NCBI GenBank assembly: GCA_965206645.1
Contig: CBDBKE010000004.1
Coordinates: forward strand, 1 to 64,000
Direction of reading: 5' to 3'
Source of the DNA: Terriglobia bacterium
GTDB taxonomy: Bacteria > Acidobacteriota > Terriglobia > JAJPHL01 > JAPKYU01
DNA length: 64,000 nt
Shown: positions 20,157 through 31,990 of the stretch, piece by piece
Position numbering within the stretch: position 1 is the stretch's first letter
How the letters are laid out: every line of letters begins with the position of its first letter
The notes under the pieces: model-generated
Database searches by the model: none
What the model saw: the letters and a program-made list of their open reading frames with translations, nothing else
What the model was told of the DNA's origin: nothing
Translations under genes and position numbers: made by a program

Positions 20157-22879
20157 GCGGTCGCCGATTTGCGCGGGAGGCCGGCCTTTGCGGTTTTTGC
20201 CCGAAGCTGCTTGATGCTCTTCTCCATGCGTTCGGCCATCTCTCGCTCGTGCTTCAGCGCCTGGAGCGTATTCTGCGACTCCTGCATGGTGAAGTCGACA
20301 CGGGCCAGTTTCTCGGTCAGATTGTCGATGATCGACTTCTGCTCGACGAGTGTTTCGAGATTCACGCTCACGTCCTCGAGCAGGTTCGAGATGAGATTCG
20401 TTTTCGCCTGAACCTCGTCCACCGTTTCCTGTCGCCCTTCGATGGCGGCGACCTTCTCCTCGGTTTCTCGCGCTGTGGTCAGAAGATCGTTGATCTGACT
20501 CCGCACGGCAGCCACCTCGTCCCGGTGATCTGTCACGAACTGCAGGTCCGCCCGGCTGCGCGCGCTGATCTCGTGGACGCTGTCCACTTCGGTCTTGACG
20601 GCCCCCACCACCGCCTGTCGCGCGAGAATACCCTTGATCGTCTGATCGAGGGTGCCGGCTTTGTCTGACAGCTCGGCCATCTTCGCTTCGACGAGCGCGA
20701 CCTTCTTTTCCGAGAATGCGAGCAGGCCCTGCCGCTGCTCGATCTGCTTGTACATCGTTTCAGTGCGCTTGACCTGATCCTCGGTCGTCTCGACCTGCGC
20801 CGTCGCGTCCCGCTGGCGGGTTTGGATGCGCGCGAGTTCTGATATCAACTCATCTTTCATGGCGGCGGCACGGACCAGTTCGTCGTTCAGCGCCTGGGTC
20901 TGTTTCATTCGCTCGCTGATCTCGCCGGCCAGCGCGCGGCTTGTTTCGACACATTCCGCCAGTCGCGTCTCCTGCTCGCGCAGGACAGCCTCGTCTTGCT
21001 GGACCTCCTTGACGCGGCTGTGAGTCGCCTCAATGCGCGTCTCGAGGGCGGACAGGCGATCGGTGACGGGGAGCAGCTCTCGCTGCCGTGCCGCCACCGA
21101 CTCGATCTTCTGCTGCGCATCGAGCGTCTGCGCGAGGACCGCGTCGCACTGACTCTTCAGGGTGTCGAGCTCGGAGCGGCGGGCGAGCTGCTCGGCCAGC
21201 TTGCCGTCCACTTCAACAGTGAGCGTGTGCAGGCCGTCGATCCGGGCTTCCAGCTTGTCGACGAACTGCGTCCGGTCTGAAAGCCGATCCATCTTGGTGT
21301 CCAGCTCACCGGCCAGTTCACCCAGCCGGGCCGTCTGCTTGATCCCTTCATCGGCCAGCGCCAGCTTTCCATTGATCGCGTTCAGCATGGCGTCGAGCTG
21401 CGGCGTGCGGGCCATGAATGCCGTGATCCGCTCGCTGAAGGCTTCGAGCGCGTCGCGGTCGGCTGCCAGCTTGTCGCCAAGCCGGGCGACCTGGGCGTGG
21501 GACTCGTGGAACTTATAAATGTCCCCGCGCAGCGTCTCGAGCTCCTGTCGCCCCTGCTTCAGCGTCTCCTGTTGCAGGACCGTCCGTTTCGCCAACTCCT
21601 CGACCTGCGCGAGACGGCCCTGCAGCATATCGAGTCCAGCCTGCTTCTTCGCTAGTTCGTCTGCCTGCACAGAGAGTTCCTGGAAGCTCTGGTTCAGGAC
21701 ATCCGCCTTCTGGTGGAGCTGGGAGAGATTCCGCTCCTTAACGCCGAGTGCCTCCATGCTGGCTTCGGCTTCCTTGACCGCGTCCTGCAGTGCGCGCAGC
21801 CGCAAGTCGAGCGCCTCGAATTCCTTCTTCTCGAGCGCAACGCGCTCGAGGGACGCGCGCAAGCTATCCATGAGCGCCCGCCCATCCTTTTCAAACCGCG
21901 CCGACTCGCGCGCCATGTCGTCGCGGGCCTTTGTCACCCCTTCGACCGAGGCGTTGGTCTGCTGGACGAGTGTCTCAATGCGGCCGATGGTCTCCTCGCT
22001 GCGGTGGACCTCCTTCGCGCCTTCGTTCAGCCGGTTGATCTGAACGTCCATGTCCCAGACCATTTCGTTCAGTCGCTTGGCTTCGACGACGGCCCGTTCC
22101 ACCGTCGATCGCTGGCTCTCGAGGGCCTTGGTCTTCTGTGAGACATGCTCGGCCATGGCGTTGAGGCCGGCAAGCTTCTCTTCGGTCGTCTTGCTCAGCT
22201 CCTGGATCTGCATCAGCGGGCCGAGTTTCCGCTCCAGTTCCTTGAGCGACTCCGCGGCTGCAACGGAATCCTCGCGTACTTCTTTGGACGCGTCGCGCAG
22301 CCGCGCGTAGTCCTGCGATAGATGGCCGGCGGTACCGCGGACCTGATCGAGCTCGGCCTTGACCACCGCGGCGTCGTCGATCGTGCTCTTGACCTCATCC
22401 TGCGTCTTGCGCAGTTCGGTCCGGGCCTCCTCCAGGGTGGCCTGCTCTTGCTTGAGGGCATCAAGGCCTGCCTGGGTCTTGAGCATCTGCGACGAGAGGT
22501 GCTGGACGGACTTTCGGTGCTTCTGTAGATCACTGCCAGGAGCCAACAAGCCCTCCGCGTTCTGCTGAGCTTGCTCCGCGATCGCCAGCAGCGCCTGTAT
22601 GCGCGCATCGATCTCCGCAAATGTCCGGGTTCGTTCCTCAAGGCCGGCGATGCGCTTGTCGACGTCAGCAACCTTCTGGCCCGTCGCGACCGTCTTCGCG
22701 TCGAACTGTTCGAGCGTCTTGCCGACCCGGGTCAACGTCGAACCGCGCAGGGTAATCTGTGCGAGCAGGGCGTTGAGGGCGCTTTGTTCTTCCTTCGCCG
22801 CCAGGATCAAGGCCTCGAAATCCGCGGCCTGCTTTCTCGTCCGGCTAGCGCCCATCAAATTCTTGAGTGCATCGAGCAT
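20153..22879 (-). CDS. 908-aa long coiled-coil protein, function unknown
   Basis: Continuous E/K/Q/L/A-rich helical sequence, very few prolines, no Walker A or TM segment seen; AGGAGG RBS. Confidence 0.85.
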   Translation of the reverse strand: MLDALKNLMGASRTRKQAADFEALILAAKEEQSALNALLAQITLRGSTLTRVGKTLEQFDAKTVATGQKVADVDKRIAGLEERTRTFAEIDARIQALLAIAEQAQQNAEGLLAPGSDLQKHRKSVQHLSSQMLKTQAGLDALKQEQATLEEARTELRKTQDEVKSTIDDAAVVKAELDQVRGTAGHLSQDYARLRDASKEVREDSVAAAESLKELERKLGPLMQIQELSKTTEEKLAGLNAMAEHVSQKTKALESQRSTVERAVVEAKRLNEMVWDMDVQINRLNEGAKEVHRSEETIGRIETLVQQTNASVEGVTKARDDMARESARFEKDGRALMDSLRASLERVALEKKEFEALDLRLRALQDAVKEAEASMEALGVKERNLSQLHQKADVLNQSFQELSVQADELAKKQAGLDMLQGRLAQVEELAKRTVLQQETLKQGRQELETLRGDIYKFHESHAQVARLGDKLAADRDALEAFSERITAFMARTPQLDAMLNAINGKLALADEGIKQTARLGELAGELDTKMDRLSDRTQFVDKLEARIDGLHTLTVEVDGKLAEQLARRSELDTLKSQCDAVLAQTLDAQQKIESVAARQRELLPVTDRLSALETRIEATHSRVKEVQQDEAVLREQETRLAECVETSRALAGEISERMKQTQALNDELVRAAAMKDELISELARIQTRQRDATAQVETTEDQVKRTETMYKQIEQRQGLLAFSEKKVALVEAKMAELSDKAGTLDQTIKGILARQAVVGAVKTEVDSVHEISARSRADLQFVTDHRDEVAAVRSQINDLLTTARETEEKVAAIEGRQETVDEVQAKTNLISNLLEDVSVNLETLVEQKSIIDNLTEKLARVDFTMQESQNTLQALKHEREMAERMEKSIKQLRAKTAKAGLPRKSATA

Positions 22880-23246
22880 GATCAACCCTCCTATGTGGCA
22901 CAAATAAAAGCGCTATGGCGCTTCTCCCAGCGAAAGAATCCGAGATTCCCATTTTGGTCGCCGAGTCAGGGCCCATGAACACTGAAACCACCTCCAGACG
23001 GCCGAATCAGACGGCGGGTGCGGCGCTTGCGGGCGGCGTTGCTCCCGAGGCCGAGGCGCAGTCATGGCGCTCGGCTCGGCATATAATATGCCAAGTCAAA
23101 ACGCTCGTTGGATGTCAAGCCTTTTGTCGAGATATCCATAATCCGTTGGTCGCCATTCCTGAACTTCCCAAACAGACATGCGCACGCGCAGCGTCCCGCT
23201 CACCGTGACGCGGGACGGTCGAAACCGTCCCATATTAGCCAATTTA

Positions 23247-23392
23247 CCGGAATTTCCTTTTTGGCCTTCCGGCGATTGAAAATATACACGCATCTGCGTC
23301 CCAGCGAGTACAATGTTTTCTCCGAGAGGACCATCGGCTCCGAGCGTCCCTTTCGGGGTCCCCTAAAACCGTCCAATCAGCATCCAAACCCA
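23247..23392 (-). mobile_element. IS1380 right-end remnant (inverted copy of about 19798-19944)
   Basis: Reverse complement of the IS1380 terminal ~146 bp, cut by IS30. Confidence 0.9.
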
Positions 23393-23393
23393 G

Positions 23394-24544
23394 TGCCAGC
23401 TCAACCGGTCGATGCAACACAAGCGTTAAATCGTTCTGCCGGAGTTTCAAACTCCAGCGTCTGACGGGGCCGTTCGTTCAGCTGACGTGCCACCTTGTTC
23501 AGATGCGCCTGAGAGTGCACCGACAAGTCCGTTCCCTTGGGGAAGTACTGTCGGAGTAGACCGTTGGTGTTCTCATTCGAACCGCGCTGCCATGGACTCT
23601 GAGGATCACAGAAGTATACGTCAATGTCGGTCGCCAACGTGAACCGTCGATGCTCGGCGAGCTCCAGGCCTCGATCCCAAGTCAGAGATTTGTACAGTTC
23701 CGTCGGCAGCTTCTTCGCGTGCTTGATGAGCGCCGACACGACCGTCTCCGTTTTCTTGCTGGATACTTTCGTAAGCATCACGTAGCGCGTATGACGTTCG
23801 ACCAGAGTCGCAATGTGGCTGTTCTTCGATCCGGACAGCAGATCGCCTTCCCAATGACCGGGCACGGCACGATCTTCGACCGAGGCCGGGCGCTCACGGA
23901 TCGATACGATGTCGGTGATCTGTCCTCGTCCATGGCCTCTCAGACTTGCATGTCGGGATCGACGAATCGTCCGCTTTGACCGCAGATGCTGCATCAGCTC
24001 TGCCTTCAGCGCACCGCGGGCTTGAACAAACAGGCTGCGGTAGATGGTCTCGTGAGACACGTGATAGGACGGATCCTTCGGATAGGCTCGTTTCAGCCAG
24101 CTGGCGATCTGCTCAGGCGACCAGTTTATGCTGAGCTTTCTGGCCACTACCCGTCGTAGTTGTGGATGCTTGACCAGCTGACACCGCTTCGGCCGGCGGG
24201 CCCTCTCCCCGGCTTGCTCATCGGCCTCCGCTGCTCGATAGTCATTATCGCCGCCATTCCGCCGAATCTCCCGGCTCACCGTCGATGGTGAGCGACCCAG
24301 CAACCCGGCGATGGATCGTATCGATTGATGTGCCGCAATGCCTTGAGAGATCTCTTCGCGCTCCGACAACGTCAGTGCCCAACATGAACGGCGTGGTGGC
24401 CGAGGACGGATGCCTCCGTACGGAGCAAGCTGATGGTAAACAGACGATGGCTGCTTACAAAACACTCGTCCAATCGACTTGAGCGACTCCCCTCGTTTCC
24501 ACCGATCCCACACCTCCTCCAGTTCCGCCAGCGTGTAACCGCGA
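23394..24544 (-). mobile_element. IS30-family element, copy 2, left end missing
   Basis: Near-identical reverse complement of about 14582-15731. Confidence 0.93.
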
Positions 24545-25608
24545 ACGAGAAGTCGCGCCGGTCGGGCGTCGCGCGTGTGCGCCGCCTGCTGAACGAGGTG
24601 CGGCAGGGCATTGACACACCTGAAGGACTCAGCGCGCAGGCACGGGTCTTCTACAACCGGATCGAAGCCGAAGGCGTGCGCATGACGGCGGGCAATATCG
24701 CCGTTCTGATGAACCGGATCCACGTGCAGCGCGGTATCAAGGAGCGCTTCCGCGCCGGGGTCATTCGCTCGGGCCGGTACCTTCCCTATTTCGAAGAGGT
24801 GCTCGAGAGCGAAGGAGTGCCGCCGATCCTGAAGCTGCTGCCCCTGGTCGAGTCGTCCTATGAGAACGCAGCGTATTCCCGTGCGGGTGCCGCCGGCATC
24901 TGGCAGTTCACCCAAGGGACCGGCCGTCTGTACATGCGTGTGGCTCGCGGCCGCGACGACCGTCTGAACCCGGCGATCGCCACGCGCGCGGCGGCGAAGC
25001 TACTCCGAGGGAACTACGAGCAACTCCAATCCTGGCCCCTTGCGATCACCGCTTATAACCACGGACGAGGGGGAATGCTGCGCGCGCGCCGCCTGCACGG
25101 ATCCGACATGGCGGAGATCATCCGCAAGTACAGGGCGCGCACATTCAAGTACGCCTCGAAGAACTTCTATCCGGAGTTCCTGGCCGCTATCCGTGTCTAC
25201 CAGGACTACGAGCGCTACTTCGGTCCGCTGACGCTTGACCAGCCCCTGGATTTCAGCTGCCCAGCCGTGCGGATCATGGCGAGAGCCCCCATTGAGGGCG
25301 GCGACGGGCGGAGGTATCGTGTCCGTCCGGGCGACACGCTGTCGGAGATCGCCCGGCGGTATGGAACTTCCGTCAGAGCGTTAATGGCGTTCAACCGGCT
25401 TCCCTCGGACCGGATCTTCGCGGGTGAGACGCTCGTCGTTAGTCCCGGCTCGGGCCAAGTCAGTAGCGATGGCGGGTATCGCGTCCAATGGGGCGACACG
25501 CTGTCGCGCATCGCCGGGATGTTCGACCTCGGGATCCGCAAGCTGATGCAGCTGAACGGGCTGCGCAACAGCCGGATCTATGCCGGTCAGGTCCTCATTG
25601 TCCGGTAG
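24545..25608 (+). pseudogene. MltD-like lytic transglycosylase with two LysM domains, 5'-truncated
   Basis: LPLVESSY, AGAAGIWQF, AITAYNHG; YRVRPGDTLSEIA and YRVQWGDTLSRIA. Confidence 0.88.
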
Positions 25609-25831
25609 CTAACGACGGCATCGGCCGGTTCGGCCTTTCGTGCAACCACGCCCCCGCACCGCTCGGCTGGACCAAGTCGCGAGGCCGAATGGATTACCTG
25701 GTGTTTCCGTTCATTAAATAAGTTTACTTACGTAGTGCATTGACTTCTTTTGCTTGACATGGCACTTCAGGCACCCAATATCATTCTCGGTTCCGAAGAA
25801 CGAGCGGTTTTGAACAACACTGTCCGGTCTC

Positions 25832-26344
25832 TGAAGTGGACCCGAAAAATCGGACAGCGTTGCAAGGTGCACTCTGCGCAGGTGAGATGACCTTACAACC
25901 ATGGTAAAGCGGCGGAATTTTTCACCGGAGTTCAAGGCAAAGGAAGCCCTGGCGGCGACGCCGGACGAGGGATCCAGGAGAACACTCGGTCCGACAACGG
26001 CCCGGAGTTCGTCGCCCAGAAGTTGCGCCAGTGGCTGGGGAATCTGGGAACGGGGGTCCTGTATATCGAGCCCGGAAGTCCTTGGGAGAACGGGTATGGT
26101 GAAAGTTTTAACGGACGGCTCCGAGATGAATGCCTGAATGGAGAAATCTTCTATTCGTTGCTGGAGGCCCAGATCGTGATCGGGCAGTGGCGGCAGCAGT
26201 ACAACACGGTGCGGCCCCACGATGCGCTTGGGGTTGTGCCCCCGGCGCCAGGGGCGTATACTCCTGGCTGGAGCCTAGTTCCACAGCCCCAAGTTGTGAT
26301 GTAATTTCTCTCACTACGACTGGTACAAAACCTCGGTCTGGTCA
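25832..26344 (+). mobile_element. Fused IS3-family remnants
   Basis: Left end TGAAGTGGACC with orfA start [14 protein letters not shown]; orfB tail [15 protein letters not shown]; right IR ending GGTCTGGTCA. Confidence 0.8.
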
Positions 26345-26790
26345 ATCACCCCTTCAATGTCGTCAAACACAGAACTCCGGTGTCAGGTGTCTGTCAACCC
26401 ACTGATGGATCGGTTGGACCTTCATTGCGGCGATCATGTGCGTGGGTTTGATGCGGCCTTCGTCGATCAACCGTTGGTCGAGTTCGTGCACACGATCGAT
26501 AAACTCCAGATCTTTCGGATTGTTGGGATCGAAATTGTGTCCGAATGAACGATCGATAAACGGATCAACAAGGTTCCCATACCCAAAGAACAGCTCGAAG
26601 TGGAATCGCTCCATGAGCAGAGGCAAGATATCCTGAGACAGAATCCCCTCGAAGCCCTCGGTTGAACAATCCCAGTTGACGAATTGCTTCTCCAGTCTCT
26701 TTAGTTGATGATTGTACTTATCCCGCATTTTTAATTTGGTGTTTGACATCCCGACCTTCCAGCGGCCTTGAGCGTCTTTATTCATAGGGG
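26345..26790 (-). pseudogene. C-terminal fragment of probable SAM-dependent methyltransferase
   Basis: GFEGILSQDILPLL...DPFIDRSFGHNFD; bounded by IS3 and IS1182. Confidence 0.45.
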
Positions 26791-26795
26791 CTATA

Positions 26796-28188
26796 GAGTC
26801 TGTGTGAAAACCGCTTTTGCGAGTCACGTATAATGCGCCTTAAGTAGGCGCGATGAAATTCTTGACCTACAACCCGTAGCAAGCGTATCTGCTGCCGCCC
26901 AGCGTGCGGGAGGTGCTGGGAGAAGATCGCATCTGTTTTTTGTGCACCAAGTTGTGGAGCGGCTGGAACTGAGTGCGTTTGAGCAGGGCTAGGTGGAAGA
27001 AGGCCGCCCGGCCTATCATCGGGCGCTGTTGCTGAAGGTGTGGCTGTATGCCTACGCGCTGGGCGTGACCTCGGCCCGCCGTCTGGAACAGCGGGTGCGG
27101 GAGGACCTGGCGTTCCGTTATCTGGCGGCCGGAGCGGGGCCGGACTTTTGGACGCTGAACCAGTTTCGGACGCGGCACGCCCGTGCCCTGAACGATCTGT
27201 TCGCACAGGTGGTGGAGTTGGCGCGGTCGCTGGGAATGGGGCGGCTGGGACACGTGGCCATGGACTCGACGCGGGTGGCGGCCAACGCCTCGCGGGACCG
27301 GGTGGAGACGGTGGCCAAGTTGCGGGCAGAGCGAGCCAAAATTCGGCGGCAGATTCGTCGCTGGCAGAAACAATGTGACACGCAGTCCTGCGAGGAAGCG
27401 GCTGGCCGGCAACTGAGCGGCAAGCAGATGGCAGCGCTGGAGAAGCGGCTGGAAGAAATCCCGCGATGCCTGGAACGGTTGCGCAAAAGCGGGCTGAAGC
27501 GGCGTTCGGAAACCGATCCCGACAGCCGGTTCTTGCGCGACCGCAAGGGATTCACGCTGGGTTACACGACGGAGGTGGCGGTCAGCGAAGATCATCTGAT
27601 TGTCGAGCAGCGCGTGGGGCAAAACGCCACCGACAACGCGACGCTGGTCCCTCTGATGGAGGCGGTCGAGCGACGCTGCCGGGAACGCCCGCAGAAGGTC
27701 AGCGCCGACAGCGGCTTCTTTTGCTTGGAGACCATCGTGGAACTGGCCCAGCGTGGCCTGGACGTCTATGTGCCCGACTCGAACTTGGCGCGGGAACTGA
27801 ACCGAGGCCAACGCGCGCCCGGAGCACCTGCTGTACGGCATCCGGAACACCGGCGAATGCGACGCAAGCTGCGCGACCCGGCCGGGCGGGCGGTTTATCA
27901 GCGGCGCAAGGCGATCGTGGAACCAGTGATCGGGGTTTTGAAAGAACAGCGTGGAATGCGGCAGTTCCGGCGGCGGGGCCTGGGGAAGGTCGCGGTGGAG
28001 TTCGCGCTGGCCGCAACGGCCTTCAACCTCACCCGCCTGTGGCGCAACAAACCGAAGCTAGATCAGGAAGGCTAGTTCGGCAGACTCCCGGACCGGCGAC
28101 TCGGCGAAGATCGAAACACCAGAATTCTGGAGCGGATCATGATCCCTTTTGATTTCCAGCCAGCTAAACCGAGTTTCCACACAGGCTC
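26796..28188 (+). mobile_element. IS1182-family element (copy 2, two premature TAG codons)
   Basis: Same IRs as copy 1; TAG at 26877 and 26990. Confidence 0.92.
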
Positions 28189-29783
28189 TTTAGCCCGTTG
28201 AGGACGCCAGGGAGGCCAACATCCAATGGGTGAAAAACAAACCAAGCCATTCCAGCTAAGTTTCAACGGCTTGTTGAAAGTCGATTTCCAGGGATCGCAC
28301 GTCACCTCCGACGGTGGCCTGATTTTGGTTCGCGAACTGGACGAACGGCTCGGTCTCGGAGAACTGATTGACGAGCATCTCAGCGACTCCCGGCAAGGCA
28401 CAAACAAGCAGTTCACGCTCGCTGATCTGTTGCGGCAGTCGGTCTATAGCCGCTTGGCGGGCTACGAGGACCTCAACGACGCCGAGCGGGTTTCGATCGA
28501 TCCGACGTTTCGGCTGATCGGTTCGCAGAAGATCTGGGATCGCGGTGCGGCCTTGACCTCGACGCTGCATGGCTTCGAGACGGAGATGCTGGCGAGCGAA
28601 GAGAACCTGCTGGGGCTGATGGCGCTGAACCGAGAGCTGGTCGGGCAAGCGGAAGCGTTCGACGACTCCGAGCGGGTCGTTCTGGACATGGACTCGACCG
28701 AGAGCCCCGTCCATGGGCAACGGGAAGGGAGCGCCTACAACGGACACTTCGAGTCGGTCTGCTATCACCCGTTACTTTTGTTCAACGGTCATGGTGATTG
28801 CCTCGCTGCCAAGCTGCGTCCCGGCAACGTGCACAGCGCCGAGGACTGGGATGAGCTATTGTTGCCGGAGATCGAGCGCCAACAGGCTGCGGGCAAGCAG
28901 GTCGCCTTCCGGGGCGATGCGGCCTTTGCCAAGCCGGAAGTTTATGAGGCTTCGGAGGAACGCGGAGTACAGTACGCCATTCGCATTCCGGCCAACAAGA
29001 GCCTGGAGTTGGAGATCGAAGACATCTTGTTTCGGCCGCCGGGAAGGCCCTCCCGGAAGCCCTTGGTGCGCTACAAGAGTTTTCGCTATCAGGCGGAGAG
29101 TTGGTCGAAGGCGAGGCGGATCGTCGCCAAGGTTGAGCATCACCAGGGCGAGCTGTTCCCGCGGGTCGGATTCATCGTGACGAGCATGAGCTTGCCAAGC
29201 CGCTCGGTGGTGCGCTTCTACAACAAGCGCGGCACGGCGGAGCAGTGGATCAAGGAAGGCAAACGGGCCACGCATTGGACAAGGCTGTCGTGCCATCGGT
29301 TCCGGGCGAACGAGGTACGGCTACAACTGAGCGTGCTGGCCTACAACCTGGGCAACTTGTGGCGGCGGCTCGGACTACCGAACAGGATCAAGAGTTGGTC
29401 GCTGACGAGCTTGCAACACAGGTTGATGAAGACCGGCGGTCGGCTGGTCAAGCACGCGCGGTATTACTGGCTGCTGCTGGCCGAAGGGCATTTGAACCGC
29501 AGGCTGTTCGGCGACATGCTGCACAGGATCTAGGCGCTGCCGCTGCCAAGCGGGTAGCGTTGACCGGGCGAGGATCAACAGTTTTCGGCTCCAAAAGGTT
29601 TCGCAGGGAGCAGTGTCGGCCGGAGCGCCGTTCAGCCCGCTCAATCAACGTCTGTGAGCGGATGGACGAGCCCTGGCGCCTACCGGCGGAGGTCATGTGC
29701 AGGGTTCAGCGCGAAAAGACGTGGTATTCGGGGCAGCGCGGGTGGATACTGTCACCGTGCCAGGGCCAAAATGGAAATCCTGG
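28189..29783 (+). mobile_element. IS1380-family element (transposase 28226-29533), left end replaced by IS1182
   Basis: VTSDGGL, LDMDSTE, RGDAAF, YNKRGTAEQWIKEGK; right IR CCAAAATGGAAATCCTGG. Confidence 0.9.
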
Positions 29784-29802
29784 TTTAATTGGGGATACCC
29801 GA

Positions 29803-31491
29803 ATGCAGACGTTCGACACGTTCGACGCCATACTCTCACCGGTCAACAGCATCCTTTGGCACGACGTAGTCCTCTACGTCATCCTCGGCGTCGGCACTCT
29901 CCTACTAGTTTGGACCAAGTTCGGGCCCTTCGTTGCGCTCACACACGGTGTGGCCGTCATCCGCGGCGATTTCGACGATAAGAATGAGCCGGGCGCAATC
30001 AGCCACTTCCAAGCTCTTTCTGCAGCCCTTTCCGCAACGGTCGGCCTCGGTAACATCGCCGGGGTCGCTGTGGCGATCTCCCTGGGTGGCCCCGGAGCCA
30101 TATTCTGGATGTGGGTCGTGGGCATCGTCGGGATGGCGATCAAGATGACCGAAGTCACCCAGTCCATGCTCTACCGGAACACGACCGACCCAGACAACCC
30201 GCACGGTGGACCGATGTATGTCGCCAGCCGTGGACTGGCAGCGTTGCACCCTGCGCTTGCGGGCCTCGGGCGCGGGATTGGATATGTCTTCTGTGTCACG
30301 TTACTCATTTCGGCCGTCACGGGCGGCAACATGTTCCAGGCCTGGAACGCGGGCAACGTCACGGAACTGAATTTTGGCGTTCCCGAGCGGCTCACGGGCG
30401 GCGTTCTGGCCGTTATCACGGCGCTCGTGATCATCGGCGGGATCAAGCGGATCGGCACGGTCGCCGCTAGACTCGTACCGTTCATGTGTGGACTTTATCT
30501 GGTGGCGAGCGCTTACGTTCTGATCGTTAACTTTGCGAGCATCCCCGATCTGATTCGGTTGATCTTCACATCAGCCTTCAACCCCGTCGAAGCCCAAGGG
30601 GCATTCCTCGGAGGCACATTGGGCTATGCCTTTCTTTGGGGTATGAAGCGAGCCTTATTCTCGAACGAGGCAGGGCAGGGCTCCGCGCCTATCGCGCATT
30701 CCGCGGTGCGAACCGGCGAACCCGTGCGTGAGGGAATCGTTGCCGGCTTGGAACCGTTCATCGATACAATTATCGTCTGCACGCTCACCGCGCTCGTCAT
30801 CCTGTCCAGCGGAGCCTGGAACCGGCCACCCGATGCAATGTTGGACACTCCAGTGGTTGTTGAGGCAGAGCCCGGTCAGTGGACTCTTGAGTCGGGACGA
30901 CTGCCGCCGAACCCACTCTGGCAGGCGGGACAGGACGTTTTTACGGTCTTCGACACCGGCGTCGTAAATGAACAGACCGGAGCCTCGCTGGTCGAGCTCC
31001 TCGGAGTGGTACAGGAATCCAACGGAGAGTACAGCGTTGCCTGGAACACCTACACCGGCAACCGGGCCCCTACCATCCACACGGGCGGCGTCTACATCGT
31101 TTACGCCGGAGCCAGTCTGACGAGCCATGCCTTTGATCGCGTGCGGCCGGGTCTCGGCCGATGGCTCGTGACACTCGCTTCGTGGCTCTTCGCGATCTCC
31201 ACAATGATCTCGTGGAGCTATTATGGAGAGCAGGGCATTGTTTTCTTGCTGGGCGCAAAGTGGGTTCGGCCTTACAAAGTCGTCTACTGCCTGCTCATTC
31301 TCGTGGCTACTTCCGGGTTCATCACGACGGACGCGGAACTGGATGCGGTGACCGCGCTGGGAACCGGAGTCATGCTCTTCGCCAACATTCCGATCATCCT
31401 GATTTTCAGCCGTCAGACGATGGCCAAGTACCACGACTACGTCGGACGGTTGCACTCCGGCCAGATGCAGCCTAAAGCCAAATTCAAGTAA
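29803..31491 (+). CDS. Alanine/glycine:cation symporter (AgcS/AlsT family)
   Basis: ATVGLGNIAGVA...GGPGAIFWMW, GGPMY, FSNEAGQGSAPIAH, EPFIDTIIVCT, STMISWSYYGE. Confidence 0.93.
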   Translation: MQTFDTFDAILSPVNSILWHDVVLYVILGVGTLLLVWTKFGPFVALTHGVAVIRGDFDDKNEPGAISHFQALSAALSATVGLGNIAGVAVAISLGGPGAIFWMWVVGIVGMAIKMTEVTQSMLYRNTTDPDNPHGGPMYVASRGLAALHPALAGLGRGIGYVFCVTLLISAVTGGNMFQAWNAGNVTELNFGVPERLTGGVLAVITALVIIGGIKRIGTVAARLVPFMCGLYLVASAYVLIVNFASIPDLIRLIFTSAFNPVEAQGAFLGGTLGYAFLWGMKRALFSNEAGQGSAPIAHSAVRTGEPVREGIVAGLEPFIDTIIVCTLTALVILSSGAWNRPPDAMLDTPVVVEAEPGQWTLESGRLPPNPLWQAGQDVFTVFDTGVVNEQTGASLVELLGVVQESNGEYSVAWNTYTGNRAPTIHTGGVYIVYAGASLTSHAFDRVRPGLGRWLVTLASWLFAISTMISWSYYGEQGIVFLLGAKWVRPYKVVYCLLILVATSGFITTDAELDAVTALGTGVMLFANIPIILIFSRQTMAKYHDYVGRLHSGQMQPKAKFK

Positions 31492-31781
31492 AAGCCGAGA
31501 TTGATCGCAGCTTCGTTTCCCACCTCGTCTCCAAGAAAGTCAGTGGGCCCATGCACGAGGAAACCATTTATTCGTCGTATATCTTTGGCAACGAAGCCTA
31601 AGACAACGGCGCCTGGCAGGTATGGGAGCTTGCCGCCTTGGCCCGTGTACAGCGCCCTGCTCGAATGGGTATAATCGAGCTAAGGCCGCTTGTCCGGAAC
31701 TCGACTACTCAACAGGGAAGGGCTTCCTGATCCTCTCCCCCTCGACGCCGTTCCGTAAATGCAGTTCTGCGGATTCATCGG

Positions 31782-31990
31782 ATCCCGCACCGCATGCGCC
31801 AGTTGATGCTCGATGAAGTCGAGCCGGAATCCCAAGACTTCATCCAGAATGATTCTCGCCATGGCCCGGAAACCATGCATCGTCATCTGATCCGGCCGGA
31901 CGTCCAGGGCCCGCAGAGCCCCCCACAGGGTATTGGCGCTCATCGACTGCTCCCGTCTCGGATAGCGGGTATTGGGGACTATACCCATAA
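31782..31990 (-). pseudogene. C-terminal fragment of P4-like tyrosine integrase
   Basis: MSANTL..ALR...HGFRAMAR..LDE....IEHQLAH. Confidence 0.8.

Noticed and set aside
24545-24915. 504-aa IS30 transposase with a novel N-terminus
   Set aside because: The extension is the antisense of the transglycosylase across a deletion junction.
29245-29802. 748-aa ORF suggesting an extended symporter
   Set aside because: The N-terminal part is an off-frame read of the IS1380 end; the real start is 29803.
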